Below, piece after piece: positions 13,567-26,144 of a stretch of DNA of 64,000 nt (its first letter is position 1; each line of letters opens with the position of its first letter). Below the pieces are notes generated by a model. It was not told the DNA's origin and searched no databases. It saw only the letters and a program-made list of their open reading frames with translations. Position numbers and translations under genes: made by a program. The stretch lies in NCBI RefSeq assembly GCF_009914755.1, contig NC_060938.1, one strand, 5' to 3'. Origin of the DNA: the human T2T-CHM13v2.0 reference genome, Homo sapiens.

Positions 13567-15945
13567 GCAAAAAATATTTCAAGTGAAAAATATAGAGTTT
13601 TGAAATATTATACTGTATACTAAGATATATAATAAATAATATATACACATAGCTGGTATTAGTATTAATATTGATATTAACATTAGTCTAGAGTTAGTAT
13701 TGCCAAACAGTACCAAAGAGTTTGTGAAAGAAATAATTGTCCCAAAGGAAAAACAATGAGCTTATGAAAATTCCTTTAAGCAAGAGGGAATTTGAGTGTG
13801 TCCGTGGAAGCTTTATTTTTAGGTCAATTTTAGCGTCTACAGCATTGCGTATTCTACCACTAATCATCTTTTTCCTTAGCGGAAGTATCCTGAAATTTGA
13901 TGAGTAAAAATGACTTTCTTTTATATTTTTGTGATATAACAGCTTCTAAAGTAATGTGTTTCTGAAAATGTCATTACCCCTAAGACTTACTTACAAAGGG
14001 TCATGATGTGTTTGTCAAAACTCATCAGTGTGTCCAGAAACTATGTGCGTGTGTATTTTAGTCAAACTTTCTGGGAGTTAAAGTATATATAAGGTAACAC
14101 AGCAATGGAACATCGCAATAGTTGGCATCAGATTTGCAAATGGCACAATTATTTGTTTCCTCTTCACTGGTCCTTGAAAAATACATAATGTTCCCATCAA
14201 AAGTTCCAGCCAAGCATATTTGTAAGAACAGGGTTTGAACATAACCTATTATATCATGAAGAATGGCTCTCTTCCATGGTATTTACCACCAGAATTAAGT
14301 AGTGGTAGACTTTTTTTTATTCATGGAAAACATTTAGTGAATGGGTAGAATGTTATTTGTTTTATATTTTTCTCTCATCAGCTCCTTTGGAGACTTTGGC
14401 ATCGGGCAGAAAAAGGGTCTCACTCTGCACACCAATTTGAGTTCCCATGTTATCAAACAGATTTAATGCTAAACTAAACTGGTGTTTGTTCTGCTTATAA
14501 GTCTTTGAGTTGAAGCCTTGTTTCTGGAATATTGGGACATGCTCTGAAATGTTGCCTCTGTAGATCCTAGAAAGTAATGATGTTTTCTGCTTTCATGCGA
14601 TTTAGTTTTAATTATTCTTCCTTCAACAGAGAGAAATAGATTGCCCCACAGGGAGGGAACCCTCACCTTGCTTGAGCATTGTCTAAGAAATGGCTTTTTC
14701 TCATGATGTACTTAACTGTTAGGCAATGTTGTCAGTTTCTCAGCTTACTGAGCAGCAAATCTGCTCATTTCTTTGCCAAGGAAAAAGAATGTTCTTAAAA
14801 ATAGATGAACTTTCTCTCTTAATGTTCAGTGCATTCAATGTTGCTTTATTTAAGGCTGCTTTATCATCAGTTCTGGTGTTTATTTCAAAAAATTCAAAGT
14901 AGATAAAACAGATCATTCACTAAATTCCATCTATTCAATAAATAATTTGCAGAGCTGTTTTTAAAATGTGTATCATTTACCCTGTACTCCCTAGTGGCTC
15001 CCTCTGTAATGCAGAGGCCTTGTTTGCAGTTTTTCCATCTGTTATTCACCTTTCTCCCCTCCTTTTGGAGCTCTTGATCTCTAGGGATGTTTTTAGGGAG
15101 TCTTTATCCCATTAGTCATTGGGACAGCTTTGGAGAAGAGGGCATAGTTAAGAAAGGGAGGATCTGATTCTATTCTCAACTCCACTACTTAGCAACAGAT
15201 CAAGTTGTTTAATCTCCTTGAGCATCAATTTTCTTTTTTATTAAAATAGTAACCAAAATATTTGCCATTAATATTTCAGTGAGTGTTGAGGGAAGAGGCA
15301 TCAGATGAGACACTCCAAAAGAAAGCAATTTGAAAATCATTTAATTCTATGGCAATATAAGGCCCAGCTGTTATAAAATAGTGAACATTATTCACTCCTA
15401 AAACAGCCAGAGAGATGAGCGGCAGAGGAAAACCATAGAACAAACTAAGTAAAAGAAATTGAGAAAATGTATTCTTTGGAAAATCAGATATTACGAGATC
15501 CTTCAGTTAAATTTATGTCTCTATTTGCTAGAAGAGATATTTATCAGTTCCAAAGCAACAAGCCTTTCCCTTTTGGTTTTATTAGCTACATGGTAATTGA
15601 TATGAATTTAAAAGATAGGTTTAATTTGATAGCAATAACTACATCTACTGGCAGGATATATTTTATGTCATTGATAGTCCTTTTATTTTCCAAAAGGATT
15701 TACCAGTTTATAGTAAAAAAACACGAATGTGGATAAGCTTGTGAAAGAGTAATAAAAAAGAAATAAAGAATAAGAAACCTGAAATGATAGAGGAAGACCA
15801 ACATACCTTACCATTATGAGATTTTATACTAAGTCCTGAGGCAATGATCAAAGAGAACTAGAGCAGGAGACTGACATCTTGTTTCTCATCCTAGTTTATC
15901 TATCATGTACTTTGCACATAATTGTTATACTTATTTTATTACTTA

Positions 15946-16325
<380 letters not shown>

Positions 16326-16415
16326 TAAATTTAACTCTCAGATTTCCCCTGGGAGATGCTTCCAAAACTTGTTCCATTTTAACATCAATAGAATTATTTG
16401 AGGGAAGGCTATTTT

Positions 16416-16592
16416 GATATATATATATATACACACACATATATGTATATATATATATAAAAAAATACATGAATGAGAAAAAATTATATTCCTCATTCTC
16501 TTAAAGAAACGATAGATCACTCACTTAATTAGCTATATATATATATACACACACATACATATATTCACATATATATATACACACACACACAA
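16416..16592. repeat. (TA)n(CA)n microsatellite split by a 72-bp unique insert
   Basis: Repeat tracts at 16416-16460 and 16534-16592 surround non-repetitive sequence. Confidence 0.9.
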
Positions 16593-16714
16593 CCAATATT
16601 GTATTATTGTATTTTAGTACTTTTATTAAGCCATTTTACCTGTAATTATTTGATGGGGTAAATAATAAATGAATTCTAGTCTATTGTATTTTTTAACTGA
16701 ACCTTTTTTGTTTT

Positions 16715-16886
16715 TCACACACATGCATGCACACACACATAGACAAATATATATATGCTTATGTATATGTATATGTGCATACACAATGTATGTATATGTA
16801 TATGTACATACACATATGTATATGTATATGTACATACACATATGTATGTATATGTATATGTACATACACATATGTATGTATATATT
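16715..16886. repeat. RY-alternating minisatellite (ATATGT/ACATAC units, ~26-30-bp higher-order repeat x3)
   Basis: atgtatatgtatatgtacatacacat occurs three times. Confidence 0.9.
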
Positions 16887-19800
16887 ATTTGTATATCTAA
16901 AGTGAATCTTAAGACAAGAATTCTATTTCTGTTGATAGTCTCCCAGAAAAAGTAATATGCTATTTGGCTATAAGACTGGAAATAGAACCCATGCCATAAA
17001 GGCAGGGCCAGGGGGTTTCTAAGTCAAAACAACAACAACAATAAAATAATTACCTAAGTGATCCTAAATAAAGAAAAAGTAAATTGCCATCAACAATTAT
17101 ATTCTAATACAATAAGCAATAAAATGCACCCAAAATTTAAGAACCTTGGAGAAATATGTGGATGAGAAAAAATTATATTCCTCATTCTCTTGAAGAAACT
17201 ATAGGTCACCCACTTAATTAGCTTGTTCCGTAACTTTCACCCAGGACTCCTTTATGATCGCATGGAAGACTGTTTGATCCTTTTCTTCTGCTGGATCACC
17301 ATCCCAAGCACACACTCACAGAACACATACCAAAACACTCTGTCAATATCACCATCAGCTCCATCACAGTAAGTAGTTAGCCAATTATGAAAACAATAAG
17401 CCAGGCCCATTATTTGCAGGTTGTGAGTTAAAAAAAAAAGAGTCATCCTTGTTGACTATTTGAAGATGAGATGTATCCTCTTAATCTTTGTTAGTGGTGA
17501 CTGTGTAGAGATTTCATTCCTGGAATACTGTGTTGGTTAAAACTCAGCAAAGCAACCTCAGCTGCTTGCAAACTTGCAAATCCTGCAGTGTTAAATGGCC
17601 AAAATGCTACTATAGCAATTTTTTCTTCAGTTGAATTGGTCAGTTTTTGCCAACAAGGATGAAATTTACATGATTCTGAATATAAACATAAGTAGTATGA
17701 TCTTGCATCAGCATACTGAACACGGTGAGAAACCAGCAATCAGAAGTACGAGGCTCAGGGGAGAAAGCATGTAATGTGGTATAGCATGCCTCAGAAATGA
17801 AAATCTTTGATGAATTAAGAGGAGGTTCTTATAGTTCCCAGGATTTTCCCAAGAAGTTGATTTGTAATCCACATTTTAAAGTAACACAATTAACTTTTTT
17901 ATTTGAATATGTAAAACAAAATAATTCTATGTTTCCTGTAGGACTCTAGGCATTTTATATTAAAATTAACACGAAGTATGTATTTACCTTTAAAAACCAT
18001 GCAAGATGGCAAAGCATGAAATGTAAAGAGAAAAAACAATAACAACATCAGAGTAGAAAGTTATAATTGTTAATTACCTTCCTCTAATGTCCCACAGTAT
18101 TGGACTATGGGAGCATTCAGGGCCTTTATTCACTCTTACCAGCAAATACTTTACCAAGAATAGATATTTTCATATTTTTTTCTTCATAGCAAAGTAATCA
18201 TATGCCAGGTACTTTGTATCTTTTATGCTTTCTTCACCTATAAAGTTAGAATCATCTAACATAGTGACATCATAAATTCAGAATAACAAAAGCAATACAA
18301 ATAATTTTAAATCAAATTTTTAGTCTATCCTATCAAATATTGTCATAGTGAAGTTTTGTTTTTTGTTTATTTAAAGATTAAAGCCACTGTGACTTTCTAA
18401 CCATATATAAGAAATTATATATTTATGTATTAAAATATTCTTCTCCTTTGTATTGGAGCACTGAGAATTACTGGTAGGATTGTGGATGAAAACTACAAGT
18501 AAAATGCTTAAAGTTGTTGATATGGTGAGATGGCCAGACAAGCTTTTGAAAACATGCCAAATTTGGGGGCTGTGACTTTGTTTTCATTCTGCTTTAGTCT
18601 GATAAAAAGATGTGAAAAGAACTAAGTACAGACAACTGTTTGCCCCATTGGTGTAGTTTATTGATACAGTTTATTGTGTAATTACATTGGTATGTGGTGA
18701 AAAAAGGCTTTCAGAGGTAGAAGGCTCAGGCTGGAGACTTGAAAGTGGTACTATTTAAATCAGATAATTGAGTCTCTGTTTCCAAATCTGTAAAACAGTG
18801 TTAAGATATAAAATATCCCATACAATTGTTGCAAAGATTCAGCAAATGAATTTGAAAATATTTTGCAAACTGTAAAGCAGCATGTATATGCTGCTATCAA
18901 TTTTTTGACTTGTTATTTTTGTAGTGACAAAATTATTTCCTGATAGAGTATGAATTTATCTCTGTAGCAGAATCCACTATATATTTAGGATAGAAAAGTA
19001 AAAGATTTTTATAAATTGCCATGAAATGTCACAGGCTGATTTGCATTTTCTGGTGATTCTATACATTAATCACTGAGTAACCTTCAGTTTTCCAAATAAA
19101 GAATAAAGAGAGTGGTGATGACATTTGTAACCATCTACAGAGGAATTATTTAAATTCTTCACAGATGGAGCGATATCAAGGGTAAATCATTATAGCCACA
19201 TTTCTAATTTTAAGAAGCTTTGAGGGTGTTTGTGGATGGTAGGAAGTAAACATTGTTTTGCATATAGAATTAATCATAGACTTTGCATACCACAATTCCA
19301 AATCCTCCAGATGAGTGTAGAGGGCTTTCGAGACACCATCCCCTAAGGATCGAGAAATTCATAAAAGGAAAATAATGTTATGCTACATGTAATATACAAA
19401 TTGAGCAAATTGGAGCAACTAGAATAGTGACCTTTCAAAGAAGACAAATTAGATTCTGTATGCCTCAGAATTTAATGAGTCTTAGTGCTTTAGGAAGGAT
19501 GACATATGACACATATTCTTAATTCTAGTCTCACAAGAGTTAACTTTATTATTTCTCAACAAGATGAATAACTCACTTCTTCTTTGGTCAACATAATTCT
19601 ACCTAATATTCTCTGTAAACTAGCTCTGGAAATACATGCGGACCAGTGCTTGAGATTTTTAGTAAATGTAAAAGGTATCTGAATGGTTGTATAATGCTGC
19701 TTTAAAAGAGTTTTAAGGGTTGGAACATGGTCACTGAGAAATACACAAGAAAATCTGTTACCAAATGTGCTCTGAATTTTGAGATGAGTAACCCGTGGAA

Positions 19801-20259
19801 GTATTCGCTATGGGTAACACCACTTGCCTAAAACCACAGAGGCAACAAATGGCATAGCCTTTCTGGTCACCAAATCTAAATGATTTTCTCCAACTGAAAT
19901 TAAAAATGTGTTTCTTGAAATGTACTTTTTATAATTTCTGAATTACAAATATTTTCTTTATTTTTATTCCCATTTGCTTTGTAAGTAGTTCTAAATTAAT
20001 ATATTCTTAGTAACTCCTGAGTTCATATGGATAATAGTAAAAACACAAGTAAAGAGTAAACATACTGGTAAACCCACTAATCATAATTGACAACTACCAC
20101 TTGTCATGTTCAAATCTCATTATCCTGTGATGTTTTTTCTGTTTCTTGTATCTTCTTCCTAAGATTTAGTTTGAAAAAGGAAAAGAAAATGTATTTAATG
20201 CCAGATAAATACCACCACTAGGGAACAAAAAAAAGGTCCATTTTTAAAGGACTCCTGGA

Positions 20260-20759
<500 letters not shown>

Positions 20760-21143
20760 TTATGCTGATAGATAAGAGATAGGGGACTAGTTTTCTACCT
20801 TGTGCCTGTCCTGGCCAAGATGCAAAATTAAGCCTACTGTTGAGGAAGACCAGAAAGTTGTTTATTGCAATGTACCCAGGCTCCCAGACTTAGGATGTTA
20901 TTTACCCTCCACCGTTATGCAGCGGGAACTTAAGATGTTAAGAACGACTCTTACCAACATCTGCTTTGTTATGCATTCATTCTGCCTGCATCTTTAATTT
21001 GGGGTGATAGCTGCCTTCAGAAGCTTTGGGAGCCGTTCCTCTCAGTAACCAAATACTGTCCCATGGGGGACATTTCCTCTCTGCAGCTGTTCTGTGTAGG
21101 GTCTCAACAGTGTGCTACAGCTGGCTGTATGCAATGTAGTGCC

Positions 21144-21174
21144 TTGATGTCTCCCTCTCTCCTTGCTTTTGCAG
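21144..21174 (+). promoter_or_regulatory. 3' splice site of the NRXN3 exon (putative branch point TTGAT, polypyrimidine tract, CAG)
   Basis: ccTTGATgtctccctctctccttgcttttgcAG|CTGGC; no AG between the putative branch A (21147) and the acceptor. Confidence 0.9.
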
Positions 21175-21356
21175 CTGGCGCTACGTACATCTTTGGGAAA
21201 AGTGGTGGGCTTATCCTCTACACCTGGCCAGCCAATGACAGGCCCAGCACGCGGTCTGACCGCCTTGCCGTGGGCTTCAGCACCACTGTGAAGGATGGCA
21301 TCTTGGTCCGCATCGACAGTGCTCCAGGACTTGGTGACTTCCTCCAGCTTCACATA
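21175..21356 (+). CDS. NRXN3: Internal coding exon of neurexin-3 (N-terminal part of the LNS6/laminin-G domain; first exon common to alpha- and beta-NRXN3)
   Basis: Translates to (x)[60 protein letters not shown], which I recognise as neurexin-3. As recalled, NRXN1 reads [36 protein letters not shown] here. Flanked by pyrimidine tract + GCAG| (AG 21173-21174) and |GTGAGT (21357-21362). 182 nt, phase 1 in, phase 0 out. GC/CpG-rich relative to the flanks. Confidence 0.97.
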
Positions 21357-21362
21357 GTGAGT
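21354..21362 (+). promoter_or_regulatory. 5' splice site ATA|GTGAGT
   Basis: Canonical donor exactly where neurexin homology (..LQLHI) ends; the recalled next residues EQGK are not present in the genomic continuation. Confidence 0.92.
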
Positions 21363-21726
21363 ACAGGGCCTTGGCCTGGATTTTCTTATGTTACTGGTGG
21401 TCTGAGTTAGTGATTCAGGTAGACGCAGCAGAACATTCTAGATCAATATGGCAAAGGTGCACATGCTTATAAAAATTGTTTTCAGATGTGAACCATCATA
21501 TTTACAGGGTTCCTGGGGGAAAAAAACTTAAAAACTCTTCCTTCTTCCCCATGTATATAGGGAGGAAAAAGAAATTCATTCTTTGCAGGCTCCCTTCCCA
21601 ACTGTGTGGCTTGGCCTGTGGCAGAATATTTAGCAGACTTCTAGGGTATATTTAAGAGATTTACCTGGTGTGGATCTTACCTGGTGCAAGCAGCAAAGCC
21701 AAGTGGAATGTTAACAATCTCCTAGG

Positions 21727-21934
21727 CTGGGATTTGGCAAACCTTCTGTAAAGAGACGTATAGTAAATATTTTGGACTTTGCAGGTCAGATAGTCTCTCT
21801 CAGAGCTACTCAGTTCTGCCTTTGTAATGTGAAGGCAGCCACAGACAATACATTTTTTTGAAATGCATGAGACTGTATTCCAATAAAAATGCATCTATAA
21901 AAACAAGCTGCAGGCCGTAATTTAGTGACCCCTG
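21727..21934 (+). mobile_element. hAT-Charlie MITE (MER58A-like)
   Basis: ggcaaaccttctgtaaag...atagtaaatattttggactttgcaggtca...gacccctg; flanked by TCCTAGG direct repeats (21720-21726, 21935-21941). Confidence 0.85.
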
Positions 21935-24195
21935 TCCTAGGCTTCAAGCATCACTGTAAGAGATGTAATAAATGTGTGATAAAAACTGAGACCAGAGTGC
22001 CAGAGTGGGCGGGGCAAAAGGGAAACAGAACAGTGATCAAGAGTTGAGTAATTCATGTGTATTGCATACTCAACATTTTGCTTTTGGTCTTGTACATATG
22101 CACTTAATAGCACTGCACCCTTAATCCCTGTAGATCATAAGAACACAGCAAAGGCTAAGAAATTAAAAATGATTTAGAAGAAAAAATTCTTTTGTTATAA
22201 GGATGGAAAATATTTTTACAGCAACAATTAACCCATTTTATCACCTGTGCAGTCTGCAGTTAAGAAAGTAGGCTAAAGAGAGATATGATTCTCATCCATA
22301 AGTACCCAAAGTGCAGTCTCCAAGAGCAAAGAGAGGAATTGTTCTCATTAGTTAGCAATGACAAGGCTAGAAAGAATGGATTTAATTTGGAGCAATAAGA
22401 ATTTAGTTTAAATAGCAGGAGGAAAAGGCAGTTAAGAAAAAAGATCAACTGGGGATTACTACCAACCTCCAAAAAGGAGGAAAAGGAACATTGATTAGGA
22501 ATCTCTGAATCAGAGTTTTGCTAATGTGCAGGTGTATAGAGAGAAGCAGAGGATACAATTTCATTGCTGGTCTCTGGAGTTGGAGATGGCTGGCCGGAAT
22601 CATGCATGACAAGCCCAGCTCCCACAGCAGTGCGCATGTCTGACACTTGCTCTTCCAGCATGCCTTGGAAATGAGAGCAGCTTAAAGTCCTAGGCTTGAG
22701 CTGGAAGTCGGTCTAGCCCCAGTATAAGCCAGATCAGGGCAAGACTCTGCTTAGGAGCTTAAGGAAGAACTGGTTAGAGATGATCACCTTCAAAATGTGG
22801 TGGAGGAGTCTTGAATAGAGTTGTGAACTTTTCAATTTTTTCTCAGATGCTTCAGGAACCATATGGTGCTATGAGCCTGAGCTAACACATTTTAAAAAGC
22901 TATGCCAAGGAGCAAAAAGAAAGGCAGCCATACTTACTACACTTTATCTTTATTTGGCCTCTAAGAACCACCATAATTTACAAAACTCTGTGAGATTTAT
23001 GCTACATATAACTTAATGACTATTTCATGGCAGCTATAACTAGGCTGTTATTACCAGCTCACTTGCATTTCCACAGTGATTTATCTTCTTTTTTTGTTCA
23101 TTGTGACTGCCTAAGAAAAATATGATTTGGCACAGACATGAGCATCTTTTTGAGTCAAATAGTGTACTATTGTTTTATCCATTCCTGCTCATTCATGTTT
23201 TGTAGAACATCTCCACTTTTAAGAGAGAGGTTTTCCTATTTTCTGATGGTTTACTTGAAATTAGCAGTGTTTTAATAAAATTGTCATGCAGATTGTGGTA
23301 ACTTCTAGGAGGAACCAGAACATTCCAGTATATTTTAATATACCATTATAAAGCTCTGTCATTTCTTTGGGGTCTTTGAAAAGTGAATACTCTAAACATA
23401 CTTTGAGATTCAGGTAACATCCATTGTGTGCATTTATTAGTGTGTGTATTCTGTATAAGCATACCCATTAGATTTGACATAGTATAATATTATTTTCTTT
23501 GTATGAGCAAAATTACCAGACATTTTATATCAAAATGTAAAGAGCCCCCTGGGATACTGTAGACACTTGGGTGATACAGCCGATTGCTTAAACGTTCTGT
23601 GAAAGCCCAGTAGATTTTCCTCCAAATCTTAGATTAGGAAATGATGTCACCTGACCCTTTCAGAAAAAAGGAAAAAAGGATCCTATGCTGTGGGGAATCT
23701 GTGTGATTCTAGAGTGACCCTGACATGTTCATGGCCCTCTCGAGCACCAGGCCCCTTCATGGGTCTAGTCATTTGAAGCCATATTTTATTTCCTTGCAGA
23801 TTATCTCTTTGTCTACTCTGAAGAAGGCAGGTTTCTCATCATACTTGAAAGTAAAGAAATCTAAGTAGAAGACTAAATGGCTTAATTATGAAACCAGCTT
23901 TTTGTTTTGGACATTTAAGTAGATACATCAGGGAAACAAAGCCATAAATACTTATTAAGATACTTTTATAACTTTTACAATCTGTAAAAGGTGGTTCTGT
24001 TTGTTGAATGGTTTGTTTTCTTGTACTAAAGAAAATTACTGAAGAGAGAAAGAGCTTTGGGGCCATTAATGAAAGTGGAAGGGATTGAGCATAAGGCAGA
24101 AGATGCTATTTCTCCTTACAGTTTGCCTAGAAGAGAAACCTCCTGGGAAAAAGAAAAAGTGATAGAAGACACAAGGGGGAGATGAAGGCAGGTGG

Positions 24196-24566
24196 TTTTC
24201 TCAGTTTTTTTACTGCTATAACAGAATATTTGAGATTTGGTAATTTATAAGGAACATAAATTAATTTCTCACAGTTCTGGAGGCTGGGAAGTCTAAGATC
24301 AAGGTACTGGCAGGTCTGGTGTCTTGTGAGGGCCCAGTCTTCACCTCTAAGGCGAGCACTGCATCCTCAGGAGGGGAGGAACCCCATGTTTTCACATGGC
24401 AGAAGGGCAGAAAGAGTGAACCCACTCTTGCAAGCCCTTTTTAGGATAGCATTAGGCAGAGCCCTCATGACCTAAGCGCTTTCCAAAGGTCATACCTCCC
24501 AACACTGTGGCATCGGTGATCAAGTTTCCAGCACATGGAATTTTGGGAGACATATTCAGAGCATAG
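24196..24566 (-). mobile_element. MaLR solo LTR (MSTD/MLT1A-like)
   Basis: ctgctataacagaata...cacagttctggaggctgggaagtctaagatcaagg...attcagagcatagca. Confidence 0.85.
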
Positions 24567-24813
24567 CAGCAGAATATATTTGCAGCAGAATATATTCCAG
24601 GGATAAGGGAAGAGGACAGGGCTCTGCCTACCGATGTGCTTCAACAAGGGATTACATGGGGGCAAAGCTTCATTCTTTGAATATGAGTGTTCTTTATAAA
24701 ATAACAACAACAATAAAAACCTAAAGTACTTTGGTGCTACTTGTGAGTGGTGGTCAGGCTAGTAAAGTTGGTCAAAAACAAAGTACAAACTCCAAAATTA
24801 GCCAGCGGTGTAT

Positions 24814-24855
24814 ATGTGTGTGTGTGTGAGAGAGAGAGAGAAAGAGAGAGAGAGA

Positions 24856-24950
<95 letters not shown>
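24814..24950. repeat. Compound microsatellite (TG)n(AG)n-(TG)n(AG)n-(TG)~22
   Basis: Directly visible. Confidence 0.97.
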
Positions 24951-24952
<2 letters not shown>

Positions 24953-25778
24953 GGGGAGAAGGAGAAGAGACAAAGAAAGTTTGTATTTTTTTAACTTTCA
25001 AAGAAGACAATTCCTAGAAATTCCTGAAGTGTTTTGAGCAACATCAACATTGTCGTTGGAATATTTCCTTTTTACCCCCAAGTGGACTTATTTGAAGGAA
25101 GAGAAAATGCTCTTCCAAGAACACTAGAGAGCCTGACCCTGGGGTAAGCACCCACTCTAGAATAGCCCCAGGGCAGGAGTGGCAAATAGGCTTCATCTTG
25201 CCTGAAAATTCTCAGTGCCTCACTCTCTCTCTTCAAGCTTTACACCAGGAAGATTTATGAGAACAGCGGGCAAATCCACAGGTAGGAGATCTAGCTTCCA
25301 TTAGTCATGTCTGCCACATGTGCCGATGTGAGGTTTTGTGAACGTGCACTACACATTCATCACATCTGCTTTAAGCTCCACAGTATTCCTCCACACGTGC
25401 TCCAATTTTCCCATTTCTTTTCCTTTGTTATCCTGAAATCCCTATGTATTAAAATTTCTTTGGAAAAGCAGTATCTTAAGCTCATGTTGCACTGCAAGTC
25501 CTGGAATGATTTATCAATTCATCTGAAGTAGTCAATCTTATTGCCATCCTTCTCATACCAGCCTAAAGTCAGCTCCTGTGACAGAATTTAAGTTTTGATA
25601 GGAGAGTTGGACAGAAAGGAAGAAAAGTGGCCATGGCTAGTTTGGGGATGTGCAATGTTGTGTGGGATGGTAGAAATGAGTGGGAAAACTTGGGCAAAAT
25701 GAAGGCATTTGTGTCCTAGATTGAGTAACTGGGGCAAATGAAGAAAGGGTCACCAAGACAGTTGAGTGCTATGAGCAC

Positions 25779-26144
25779 TTTTCTTCTTTTATGTATGTAT
25801 TTTAAGTTCAGGGGTACAAGTGCAGGTTTGTAGGCTTGTTACATAGGTAAACTCGTGTCATGGGGGTTTGTTGTACAGATTATTTCATCGCCCAGGTATT
25901 AAGCTTAATATCCATTAGTTATTTTTCTTGATCCTCTCCCTCCTCCCACCCTCCACCCTCCCAAAGGCCCAGTGTGTGTTGTTCTCCTCTATGTGTCCAT
26001 GTGTTCTCATCATTTAGCTTCCACTTATAAGGGAGAACATGCAGTATTTGGTTTTCTGTTCCTGTGTTACTTTGCTAAAGATGATGGCCTCCAGCTCCAT
26101 CCATGTCCCTGCAAAGAACATGATTTCATTCTTTTTTATGGCTG
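25779..26144 (-). mobile_element. 5'-truncated L1PA (older primate subfamily) 3' end
   Basis: ggggtacaagtgcaggtttg...gagaacatgcagtatttggttttctgttcctg...tttatggctg; degenerate TSD gagcac(a)tttt. Confidence 0.92.

Noticed and set aside
21276-21300. TTCAGCACCA in the exon as a REST/RE1 site
   Set aside because: Only the left half-site; no GGACAG right half at proper spacing, and it is explained by codons F-S-T-T.
21042-21353. 103-aa antisense ORF overlapping the exon
   Set aside because: Shadow ORF expected opposite a GC-rich coding exon; no recognisable protein.
21063-21410. 115-aa ORF as a stand-alone gene
   Set aside because: Only 21175-21356 matches neurexin and it is bounded by canonical splice sites; the rest is open intron frame.
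23781-23836. 31-nt microexon (ttccttgcAG|...CAG|GTTTCT)
   Set aside because: Weak donor, frameshifting length, no other support.
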